From positions 180,001 to 212,000 of the forward strand of contig NZ_LN649255.1 in assembly GCF_000953295.1 (NCBI RefSeq): DNA of 32,000 nucleotides, written 5' to 3'. The notes beneath the pieces were generated by a model. The model had not been told where the DNA came from. It searched no databases and was given only the letters and a program-made list of their open reading frames with translations. Of the stretch, positions 17,921 through 26,229 are shown one piece after another. Source of the DNA: Candidatus Portiera aleyrodidarum. Lineage in GTDB: Bacteria > Pseudomonadota > Gammaproteobacteria > Johnevansiales > Johnevansiaceae. Numbering within the stretch: the first letter of the stretch is position 1; each line of letters opens with the position of its first letter. Position numbers and translations under genes: made by a program.

Positions 17921-17994
17921 TACGTCCAGCAGGACTTGAACCTGCAACCAACGGCTTAGAAGGCCGATGCTCTATCCTATTGAGCTATGGACGC
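17921..17994 (-). tRNA. tRNA-Arg (anticodon TCT)
   Basis: The reverse complement is GCGTCCATAGCTCAATAGGATAGAGCATCGGCCTTCTAAGCCGTTGGTTGCAGGTTCAAGTCCTGCTGGACGTA. The anticodon stem is TCGGC/GCCGT with loop CTTCTAA. It resembles E. coli tRNA-Arg(UCU). Confidence 0.9.
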
Positions 17995-18013
17995 CAAGTT
18001 TATTATATGAAGA

Positions 18014-18087
18014 TCGGAGTAGAGGGATTCGAACCCACGACACCCTGCTCCCAAAGCAGGCACGCTACCTGGCTGCGCTATACTCCG
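18014..18087 (-). tRNA. tRNA-Pro (anticodon TGG)
   Basis: The reverse complement is CGGAGTATAGCGCAGCCAGGTAGCGTGCCTGCTTTGGGAGCAGGGTGTCGTGGGTTCGAATCCCTCTACTCCGA. It has the C1-G72 pair typical of tRNA-Pro and the anticodon loop TTTGGGA. Its 5' end overlaps the last 10 nt of cysS. Confidence 0.88.
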
Positions 18088-19451
18088 GTTTTGATAAACC
18101 AAATAAATTTTCTTAAATTATCTTGAATTAAAATATTAAATTTATTTAAAATTTTTCTTATATTATCTGATTTAAAAAAATTTTTTTCAACTTTAGCTAT
18201 AGTTCGTTTTAATATTAATTTTTCAATTATTTTAATATTTAATCTTATTTTTTTTTTAAAAAATTTATTTGGTAATGAATTTAATATTCCTATTATATTT
18301 CCTAAACGTATTAATTCATAAGATAAAGCTTGAGCTTTTTTTATTTTACCTATATAAAAAAAATTCTTTAATTCATATAATATATCAAATAATATTGATA
18401 TTGCTTTTACAGTATTAAAATCATTTTCTAATGCTAAAATAAAATTATTATAATAATAATTATCTATTATCCCTTTTATTGGTTTAATTTTTTTTATTAT
18501 ATTATAAAATCGATTTAACGAATTAAAAGCCATATCTAATGAATATTTAGAATAATTTATTGATTTTCTATAATGAGTTAAAAGAAAAAAAAATCTAATT
18601 ACTTCAGGATGATAAATTTTTAAAATTTTCTTTAAAAAAACTATATTTTTTAAAGATTTAGACATTTTTTTATCATTTCTATTAATATGTCCTGAGTGTA
18701 TCCATATATTAACATGTTTTTTACAAAAAATAGCTTCACTTTGTGAAATTTCATTTTCATGATGTGGAAAAATTAAATCTAAACCACCCCCATGTAAATC
18801 AAATTTATTACCTAAATATATTTTTGATAAAATAGAACATTCAATATGCCATCCTGGCATACCTAAACTCCAAGGGGAATACCATCCCTTTTTTTTAGTT
18901 TTTTTCCATAAAATAAAATCTAAAAAATTTTTTTTAGATTTATCTTTATTTATTCTTAAACCAGAATATAAATTATTAAACTTTTGATTACTTAATTTCC
19001 CATATAATTTTATTTTATTTATCTTAAAATAAACATTACCTTTATTTATATATGCATATTTTTTTTTTATTAATTTATTTATATAAAAAATTATAATATT
19101 TTTATATTTACTAACTTTTGGTTCATAATCTGGAGAATTTATACCTAATTTTTTTTCATCTTTATATATTGAATTAATAATTCTATTAGTTAAAAAATAT
19201 ATAGATTCTTTATTTTTATTTGATTTTTTTATAATTTTTTTATCTATATCTGTTATATTTCTTACATATTTAAGATGATAACCTCTAATTTTTAGATATT
19301 TGTTAATTAAAGAAAAAACAAACATATTTCGAGCATGACCTATATGATAATAATCATATACAGTAATTCCACAAACATATATTTTAACTTTATTATATTT
19401 TATAGGAATTAAGAATTCTTTATAATTTTTTAATGTATTATATATTAACAA
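18078..19451 (-). CDS. cysS: cysteinyl-tRNA synthetase
   Basis: VCGITVYDYYHIGHARN is the HIGH motif, and KMSKSLKN is also present. The N-terminus (M)LIYNTLKNYKEF is colinear with E. coli MLKIFNTLTRQKEEF. It starts at a TTG, and its stop TAG lies inside tRNA-Pro. Confidence 0.92.
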   Translation of the reverse strand: MLIYNTLKNYKEFLIPIKYNKVKIYVCGITVYDYYHIGHARNMFVFSLINKYLKIRGYHLKYVRNITDIDKKIIKKSNKNKESIYFLTNRIINSIYKDEKKLGINSPDYEPKVSKYKNIIIFYINKLIKKKYAYINKGNVYFKINKIKLYGKLSNQKFNNLYSGLRINKDKSKKNFLDFILWKKTKKKGWYSPWSLGMPGWHIECSILSKIYLGNKFDLHGGGLDLIFPHHENEISQSEAIFCKKHVNIWIHSGHINRNDKKMSKSLKNIVFLKKILKIYHPEVIRFFFLLTHYRKSINYSKYSLDMAFNSLNRFYNIIKKIKPIKGIIDNYYYNNFILALENDFNTVKAISILFDILYELKNFFYIGKIKKAQALSYELIRLGNIIGILNSLPNKFFKKKIRLNIKIIEKLILKRTIAKVEKNFFKSDNIRKILNKFNILIQDNLRKFIWFIKTGV

Positions 19452-21043
19452 TTATTTTTTAAGCTTATTATCTTATTAAAAACAAAATTATTTTTATTAT
19501 AATCATATCTATCTGCACAAAAATAACCTACTCTTTCAAATTGTAATTTTGTTTCAGGTTTAATTTTTGATAAAAGAGGTTCTCCTATAGAGTTTTTTAT
19601 TTTTAAAGAATTTGAAGTTATATTATTATATATATTTTCTTTATTATTTTTTAATAAATTTTTATAATTACGTATTTCAACTTTTACTCCATATTTTACA
19701 CTTACCCAATGAATCACACCTTTTATTTTTTTTCCTTCAAAATTTTTATTTTTAGTATTTAAATAAGCAATTCCTTGTATTTCTTTTATATTTTTATTTT
19801 TTAAATAAATAATTTTATTACATTTTATTATATAAGAATGACGTAAACGCACTTTTTTTCCGATAGATAATCTAAAAAAATTTTTTTTTGGATTTATATT
19901 AAAATCACTTAAATCTATCCAAATCTCTCTATTAAAAAATATCTTTCTAGTACCCATATCTGTTCTAACTGGATGATTCTTAACCTTAATTATTTCTTCA
20001 TATCCTACAACTAGATTCGTTAATACTAATTTTACAGGATTAATTACACACATTACTCTAATAACTTTATTTTCTAAATCAGAACGTATAACATAATATT
20101 GCATTTTTATATCTATCTTATTATTTGATCTTGTTATTCCTGTTTTTTCACATAATTTTTTTAAAGAAGATGGTGTGTAGCCTCTTCGTCGCATTCCTGA
20201 AACTGTAAGTAATCTAGGATCATCCCATCCACATACAATATTCTTGTCTATTAAGAATTTTATTTTTCTTTTAGAAGTTAAAGAATAATTTATATTCATT
20301 CTAGAAAATTCTATTTGTTTTGGTGAAATATATTTGTTATTTAATAGATTTTTAATAAACCAATTATATAAATTTCGATTATTTTCAAATTCTAAAGTAC
20401 AAATAGAATGTGTGATTCCTTCCAATATATCAGATTGCCCATGTGCATAATCATAAGATGGATATATTTTCCATTTATTTCCTGTTCTGGAGTGGTAAAC
20501 ATTTATAATCCGATACATGATAGGGTCTCTTAAAGTTAGATTATTAGATTTCATATCAATTTTCGCACGTAAAACTTTACCTCCTTCTTTAAAAAATCCT
20601 TTACGCATTTTTTTAAATAAAAAAATATTTTCTTTTATAGTACGATTTCTGTAAGGACTATTATATCCAACTGACTTAAAATCACCTCTATATTTTTTTA
20701 TTTCTTTTATAGATAAATCATCAACATAAGCTTTACCTTTTTTTATTAAATATAAAGCCCAATAATATAAATTATCAAAATAATTAGAAGCATAATAAAT
20801 TTTATTAAATTTATATCCTAACCACTTAATATCTTCTAAAATAGAATTAATATATATATTATTTTCTTTCAGAGGATTTGTATCATCAAATCTAATAAAA
20901 CATTTTCCTTTTAGGACTTTAGCTAAATTTAAATTTAACCATATTGATTTAACATGGCCAATATGCAAAAAACCATTTGGTTCTGGAGAAAATCTAGTAA
21001 CAATCTTCTTAATATTATTTATATTTTTTAACATTAGTTTCAA
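19445..21043 (-). CDS. glnS: glutaminyl-tRNA synthetase
   Basis: TRFSPEPNGFLHIGHVKS is the HIGH region, and LTSKRK is the GlnRS variant of KMSKS. The track start at 21043 is a TTG overlapping the aroE stop. An in-frame ATG at 21034 is an equally plausible start. Confidence 0.9.
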   Translation of the reverse strand: MKLMLKNINNIKKIVTRFSPEPNGFLHIGHVKSIWLNLNLAKVLKGKCFIRFDDTNPLKENNIYINSILEDIKWLGYKFNKIYYASNYFDNLYYWALYLIKKGKAYVDDLSIKEIKKYRGDFKSVGYNSPYRNRTIKENIFLFKKMRKGFFKEGGKVLRAKIDMKSNNLTLRDPIMYRIINVYHSRTGNKWKIYPSYDYAHGQSDILEGITHSICTLEFENNRNLYNWFIKNLLNNKYISPKQIEFSRMNINYSLTSKRKIKFLIDKNIVCGWDDPRLLTVSGMRRRGYTPSSLKKLCEKTGITRSNNKIDIKMQYYVIRSDLENKVIRVMCVINPVKLVLTNLVVGYEEIIKVKNHPVRTDMGTRKIFFNREIWIDLSDFNINPKKNFFRLSIGKKVRLRHSYIIKCNKIIYLKNKNIKEIQGIAYLNTKNKNFEGKKIKGVIHWVSVKYGVKVEIRNYKNLLKNNKENIYNNITSNSLKIKNSIGEPLLSKIKPETKLQFERVGYFCADRYDYNKNNFVFNKIISLKNNC

Positions 21044-21876
21044 TAATTATTTAATAAATTACGTATTTTTATATGTAATTTTTTAGTTTTTGGACGTACA
21101 TTATTTAATAAATAAAATGTTTCAGCTGCTTGTTCTATTAACATCCCCAAACCATCATATATTTTTGCATTATATTTTATTGCAATTTTTAAAAAATTAG
21201 TAATTTTTTTTGAATACATTAAATCATAAGCTATACTTTTTTTTTTAAAAATATTTTTATATAAAAATATTTTTTCTTTTTTTAAACTTAAACTTGTACC
21301 ATTAATTATAATATCAAAAGGTTTTTTATTTTTTAAATCATTATATGAACAAAAGTTCATTATATTCTTTATATTAAATCTATTAATTATTTCTTTACAT
21401 TTTAATAAAGTTCTATTTACGATATAAATTTTGTTTGGTCCTAAATCTAATAATTGTTGTAAAATACTATTAATGGCTCCTCCTGCTCCTAATAATAAGA
21501 TACGTTTTTTTAATACTTTTATTTTCAATCTATGAAAATCTCTTATTAATCCCACTCCATCTGTTGTATCGCCATATATAAGATTATTTTTTTTATCTAT
21601 TATTAATGTATTTACTGATTGTGATATTTTTGATCTATAAGATAACTTCTCAGCTAATTTTATTGCATATTGTTTATATGGGATGGTTACATTAATACCT
21701 ATACCATTTATTTTTAAAAAAGTTATCCATTCTTTTATTAATTTAATTTTATTAAAAATATTAATAGCATTATAATATAAAAAAATATTATTTTTTTTTC
21801 CAAAATAATTATGTATTATAGGAGATAAAGAATGTTTAATTGGTTTTCCAAAAACACAATAAAGTTTTTTTGACAT
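21040..21876 (-). CDS. aroE: shikimate dehydrogenase
   Basis: VFGKPIKHSLSPIIHNYF matches AroE GNPIAHSKSPxIHN. It also has the GAGGA NADP-binding loop (LLLGAGGAINSIL). Confidence 0.88.
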   Translation of the reverse strand: MSKKLYCVFGKPIKHSLSPIIHNYFGKKNNIFLYYNAINIFNKIKLIKEWITFLKINGIGINVTIPYKQYAIKLAEKLSYRSKISQSVNTLIIDKKNNLIYGDTTDGVGLIRDFHRLKIKVLKKRILLLGAGGAINSILQQLLDLGPNKIYIVNRTLLKCKEIINRFNIKNIMNFCSYNDLKNKKPFDIIINGTSLSLKKEKIFLYKNIFKKKSIAYDLMYSKKITNFLKIAIKYNAKIYDGLGMLIEQAAETFYLLNNVRPKTKKLHIKIRNLLNNY

Positions 21877-21896
21877 GAATTATATAACCTTTTTAT

Positions 21897-22382
21897 ATGA
21901 CAATATTAAAAATCTTAAAATATCCAGATAAACGTCTTAATATTATAGCGAAACCAATAAAAAATATAAATAATAAAATAAAAAACTTAATTTTTAATAT
22001 GCTTAATACAATGTATGCATATAATGGAATTGGTTTATCTGCTACACAAATTAATAAACACCTTCGTATTTTTGTTATGGATATAAGTAAAACTTATAAT
22101 CAACCAATTATTATTGTTAATCCTAAATATAACTTTGTAAGTAATAAATATAAAAAATTTAAAGAAGGATGTTTATCTATTCCATATTATTTTGAATATA
22201 TTTATAGATCTATTAATATAAATTTAAATGCAATAGATATAAATGGAAATAATATCATTATTAATGCTTATGGATTGATATCACAATGTATACAACATGA
22301 AATAGATCATTTAAACGGTAAATTATTAATAGATCATTTATCACAACAAAAGAAAAAAAAAATATATAAAATTAAGGATTAA
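21897..22382 (+). CDS. def: peptide deformylase
   Basis: All three deformylase motifs are present: GIGLSATQ, EGCLSIP and QHEIDHLNG. Confidence 0.93.
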   Translation: MTILKILKYPDKRLNIIAKPIKNINNKIKNLIFNMLNTMYAYNGIGLSATQINKHLRIFVMDISKTYNQPIIIVNPKYNFVSNKYKKFKEGCLSIPYYFEYIYRSININLNAIDINGNNIIINAYGLISQCIQHEIDHLNGKLLIDHLSQQKKKKIYKIKD

Positions 22383-22386
22383 AAAT

Positions 22387-23355
22387 ATGACTAAATTATC
22401 ATTAGTAGGTGATATAGGTGGTACTAATGTTCGTTTAGCTTTGGTATCATCAAATAATTTTAATCTTTATAAAATAAAAAAATTTAAATGTATTAATTAT
22501 GTGGATATTAATGAAGTTATAAAAAAATATATTTCTTTAGTAGATTGTGAATATCCTAAAAAGGCATGTTTAGCTTTTGCTTGTCCTATTAATTATAATC
22601 TAATAAAAATGACAAATAATTCCTGGAAAATAAAAAAATATGAATTAAAAAATAAAATGAAATTAAAAAAATTAAAAATAATCAATGACTTTACAGCGAT
22701 TGCCTTAGGTTTACCTCATATTCAAACAAAAGATTTATATAAAATTGGATATGGAAAAAATTATAATAATAGTAATAAAATTGTTATTGGTCCAGGCACT
22801 GGATTAGGACTTGCTGGATTAATTCCTAATAAAAATTTTTGGATACCTATTTCAGGAGAAGGAGGGCATATTAGTTTTGCGCCAATGGATAAATTTGAAA
22901 TATATATATTAAAATGGTTTAAAAAAATTTATAATCGTGTTTCTATAGAACGTATACTTTGTGGTCAAGGAATATTAGACCTATATAATGCGCATGTTAA
23001 TTATTTTAAATCTTATAAAAAGATATTTAACACTCCTGCTGAAATTACTAATGCAGCTTTAAATAAAGAAGATCATCTAGCTTATAAAACAATAATGAGG
23101 TTTTGTAAAATCTTAGGGAGTGTAACAGGAGATATTGCTTTAACTTTAGGAGCAAAAGGTGGAGTTTATTTATGTGGAGGAATTTTACCAAGAATAAAAA
23201 AAATATTAGAAACTAGTGAATTTCGTAATTCTTTTTATAACAAAGGTAGAATGAGTTTTTATAATAAAGAAATTTCAACTTGGTTAGTAAAGTCTAAATG
23301 GATAGGATTATTAGGAGCAGCTGAAGCTTTGTTTAATAAAATGGACCCCATGTAA
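22387..23355 (+). CDS. glk: glucokinase
   Basis: LVGDIGGTNVRLALV is the ATP-binding N-terminus of Glk. GPGTGLG and GGHISFAP are present. It is 322 aa. Confidence 0.9.
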   Translation: MTKLSLVGDIGGTNVRLALVSSNNFNLYKIKKFKCINYVDINEVIKKYISLVDCEYPKKACLAFACPINYNLIKMTNNSWKIKKYELKNKMKLKKLKIINDFTAIALGLPHIQTKDLYKIGYGKNYNNSNKIVIGPGTGLGLAGLIPNKNFWIPISGEGGHISFAPMDKFEIYILKWFKKIYNRVSIERILCGQGILDLYNAHVNYFKSYKKIFNTPAEITNAALNKEDHLAYKTIMRFCKILGSVTGDIALTLGAKGGVYLCGGILPRIKKILETSEFRNSFYNKGRMSFYNKEISTWLVKSKWIGLLGAAEALFNKMDPM

Positions 23356-24691
23356 ATGATTTGTAATAAAATATAGGTATATTTTTTTGTTTCCAAATAT
23401 AACTTATTTTATCTATCCATCTCCAAGAAAAATCAATTTCTTCTTTACTAACAAAAAAATCTTGTTTACCTTTTATAACTTCTAATATTAAAAATTCATA
23501 TGAATCTAAATAATTAGTTTTTTTATTAACAAAAGACATATTTTTATAATTTAATTTCTTAAAAAGATTTTTATTTAAAATATTTATATTTATTTCTTCT
23601 TTAGGTTGTAATTTAATAATTAATTTATTTTTATTAAAAGATATAATTATTTGTGATAACTTTTTTTTTAACCGTTTTCCTGATATCAAATAAAAAGGTA
23701 TACCATACCAATAAAAATTATTTATTTTTGTTTTGATTGAAATAAATGTTTCTGTACATGAATTTCTATTTGAATTTTCTTCTTCAAGATATCCATTAAA
23801 AATTTTTTTATGTAATTTATTAGAAATATATTGCCCATAATTTATATCAACTGTTAAAAAACTATTATTTAAATCTTTTAATAATTTTATCTTTTCTTTA
23901 CGTATATTTTTATAACTAATCTTATTTGGAACACAGATAGTAATGATAGATAATATTTGTATCAAATGATTTTGTACCATATCTCGTAATTGACCTGTTT
24001 TGTCAAAATAACCCCAACGATCTTCTATACCTAAGCTTTCAGCTAAAATAATTTTAATATGTGTAATATATTTTTTATTCCATAAATTATAAAATATAGT
24101 ATTTAAAAATCTTAAATTTAATAAATTTTTTACTTGTCTTTTACCCAAATAATGATCTATACGAAAAATGTTTTTTTCATAAAAAATATTTTTAATATAA
24201 GTATTTATATTTATTGAACTTTTTAAATTAAATCCGATTGGTTTTTCTAAAATTATTTTCGAATTTGTTTTTATGCATTTATTTAAATTTAGATTTTTAC
24301 AAATAATTTTAAATAAATTACTAGATACTGATAAATAAAAAATTAATGGAAAATTATTTTTTAATAACCAAAATTTTATTAATTTATAATATATAAGATT
24401 TGTAAAATCTATATTTAAATAATATAAACATTTAATAAAATTAATAATTAAAATTAATTCATTTTTATTTTTAATTTTTTTATTATTTAATAATATCTTA
24501 TATATTTTATATCTAAATTTATTTAAAGTTAAATATTTACGTGCTAAACATAATATATTTATTTTTTTATTTATTAATTTTTTTTTATATAATATAAATA
24601 AAGAATGATATAATTTTCTTAAAGCTAAATCACCTAAAGCACCAAATAATAAAAAATTTAAATTTGTTATTTTATCCAAATTTAATTTCAT
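23333..24691 (-). CDS. zwf: glucose-6-phosphate 1-dehydrogenase
   Basis: LFGALGDLALRKL is the NADP-binding GxxGDLA motif, and RIDHYLGK is the active-site signature. AGGAG lies 9 nt upstream of the ATG. The C-terminus is short, ending 3 residues after TWGP. Confidence 0.9.
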   Translation of the reverse strand: MKLNLDKITNLNFLLFGALGDLALRKLYHSLFILYKKKLINKKINILCLARKYLTLNKFRYKIYKILLNNKKIKNKNELILIINFIKCLYYLNIDFTNLIYYKLIKFWLLKNNFPLIFYLSVSSNLFKIICKNLNLNKCIKTNSKIILEKPIGFNLKSSININTYIKNIFYEKNIFRIDHYLGKRQVKNLLNLRFLNTIFYNLWNKKYITHIKIILAESLGIEDRWGYFDKTGQLRDMVQNHLIQILSIITICVPNKISYKNIRKEKIKLLKDLNNSFLTVDINYGQYISNKLHKKIFNGYLEEENSNRNSCTETFISIKTKINNFYWYGIPFYLISGKRLKKKLSQIIISFNKNKLIIKLQPKEEININILNKNLFKKLNYKNMSFVNKKTNYLDSYEFLILEVIKGKQDFFVSKEEIDFSWRWIDKISYIWKQKNIPIFYYKSFTWGPFY

Positions 24692-24808
24692 TAACGTTAT
24701 CTCCTAAAAAAATTAATAAATAAAAAAATAATAATTATATTATAATAACATAATTATTATTATTATTACTAATTACTATTTAGAATAAATATTTTGGAGA
24801 AAAATTAT

Positions 24809-26224
24809 ATGTTAAAAATTTTTACAAAAAAAATATATTATAAAAATAAATTTAAAACTAAAATAGTGCCATTAGTATGGAGAAGTTGTAGTTTAATAGC
24901 TTTAATAGGTATATTATTTGGAATGGATATAGGTGTCATTTCGGGAGTCTTACCTTTTATTACAAAAGAATTTAAATTATCTAATACCATGGCCGGTTGG
25001 ATAGTAGGGTCAATGATGGGAGGAGCTGCAATAGGAACTTTTGCTATTTGTATTGTTTCAAAACAGTTAGGTAGAAAAAAATCTTTATTAATAAGTTCAA
25101 TATTATTTTTTATTGGAGCTTTAATAGCTGTATTTGCAAACTGTACAAGAATCTTAATTTTAGCTCGTATTATTCTTGGATTAGCAGTAGGATCTGCTTC
25201 TTTTACTGCTCCTTTATATTTAGCTGAAATTACTCCAGTTAGAATTAGAGGTATGACAATTTCTTTATATCAATTTATGGTTACGATCGGTATACTTATA
25301 GCTTTTATATCTAATTTTATTTTTAGTTACTTTCAAAGTTGGAGATGCATGTTTGGAATATTAATCTTTCCTTCAATAATATTATTTTTTGGAATCTTAA
25401 TTATTCCTGATAGTCCAAGATGGTTAGCATATAAAAATAAAAAAAATGAAGCAAGAAAAATATTAAAAAAATTAAGATATTCTAAAGTTGAAGTTAATAA
25501 TGAAATAAAAGAAATTTTTAATAGTATAAAAAACAAAAATAAAAAGTTAGGATGGAATTTATTTAAAAAAAATATTAATTTTCGTAGATCTGTAATTTTA
25601 GGAATTATTTTACAAATTATACAACAATTTTCAGGAATGAATGTTATGATGTATTTTTCTCCTAAAATTTTTGAACTTTCTGGATTTATTGGAACAAAAA
25701 ATCAATTATTAAGTACTATTATAGTTGGTTTAGTAAATGTTTTCTCAACAATAATAGCTATTATATCAGTAGATAAATTAGGTAGAAAACCGATTTTATA
25801 TATAGGTTTTACAATAATGGCGATCGGAATGGCTATATTAAGCTTAGTTTTATATATAGGAACATTAAAAATTATACAATATTTATCAATAATTTCTTTA
25901 TTAATTTTTGTAGCTGGGTTTGCTATGTCTGCAGGCCCTATTATATGGATAATATGTGCTGAAATACAACCTTTATACGGAAGAGATTTTGGAATAAGTT
26001 GTTCTACTATTGCAAATTGGTTAGCTAATATGTTACTTGGGACTTTTTTCTTAACGATTTTAAATAAATTAGGTGGCCCAATAACATTTATATTATTAGC
26101 TTTAGCAAATATATCTTTTATTATCTTTACTAGATTTGTAATTCCTGAAACCAAAGGAATTTCATTAGAAAAAATAGAAAAAAACTTAATGAATGGGAAA
26201 TCACTACGGCATTTAGGAAAATAA
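24809..26224 (+). CDS. galP: MFS sugar:H+ symporter (GalP/AraE/XylE sugar-porter family)
   Basis: It is colinear with E. coli GalP as I recall it: LGRKKSL, PLYLAEI, PDSPRWL, QQFSGMNVMMYFSPKIFE, FAMSAGPIIW, VIPETKGISLEKIEKNLMNGK. I prefer the ATG at 24809 because GGAG lies 9 nt upstream. The ORF track begins at a TTG at 24794. Confidence 0.85.
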   Translation: MLKIFTKKIYYKNKFKTKIVPLVWRSCSLIALIGILFGMDIGVISGVLPFITKEFKLSNTMAGWIVGSMMGGAAIGTFAICIVSKQLGRKKSLLISSILFFIGALIAVFANCTRILILARIILGLAVGSASFTAPLYLAEITPVRIRGMTISLYQFMVTIGILIAFISNFIFSYFQSWRCMFGILIFPSIILFFGILIIPDSPRWLAYKNKKNEARKILKKLRYSKVEVNNEIKEIFNSIKNKNKKLGWNLFKKNINFRRSVILGIILQIIQQFSGMNVMMYFSPKIFELSGFIGTKNQLLSTIIVGLVNVFSTIIAIISVDKLGRKPILYIGFTIMAIGMAILSLVLYIGTLKIIQYLSIISLLIFVAGFAMSAGPIIWIICAEIQPLYGRDFGISCSTIANWLANMLLGTFFLTILNKLGGPITFILLALANISFIIFTRFVIPETKGISLEKIEKNLMNGKSLRHLGK

Positions 26225-26229
26225 AAAAA

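Noticed and set aside
25333-26154. Minus-strand ORFs of 67 and 150 aa inside the sugar symporter gene
   Set aside because: They are antisense shadows of the GalP-like CDS. Long open antisense frames are expected from stop-poor complementary codons. I recognised no motifs.
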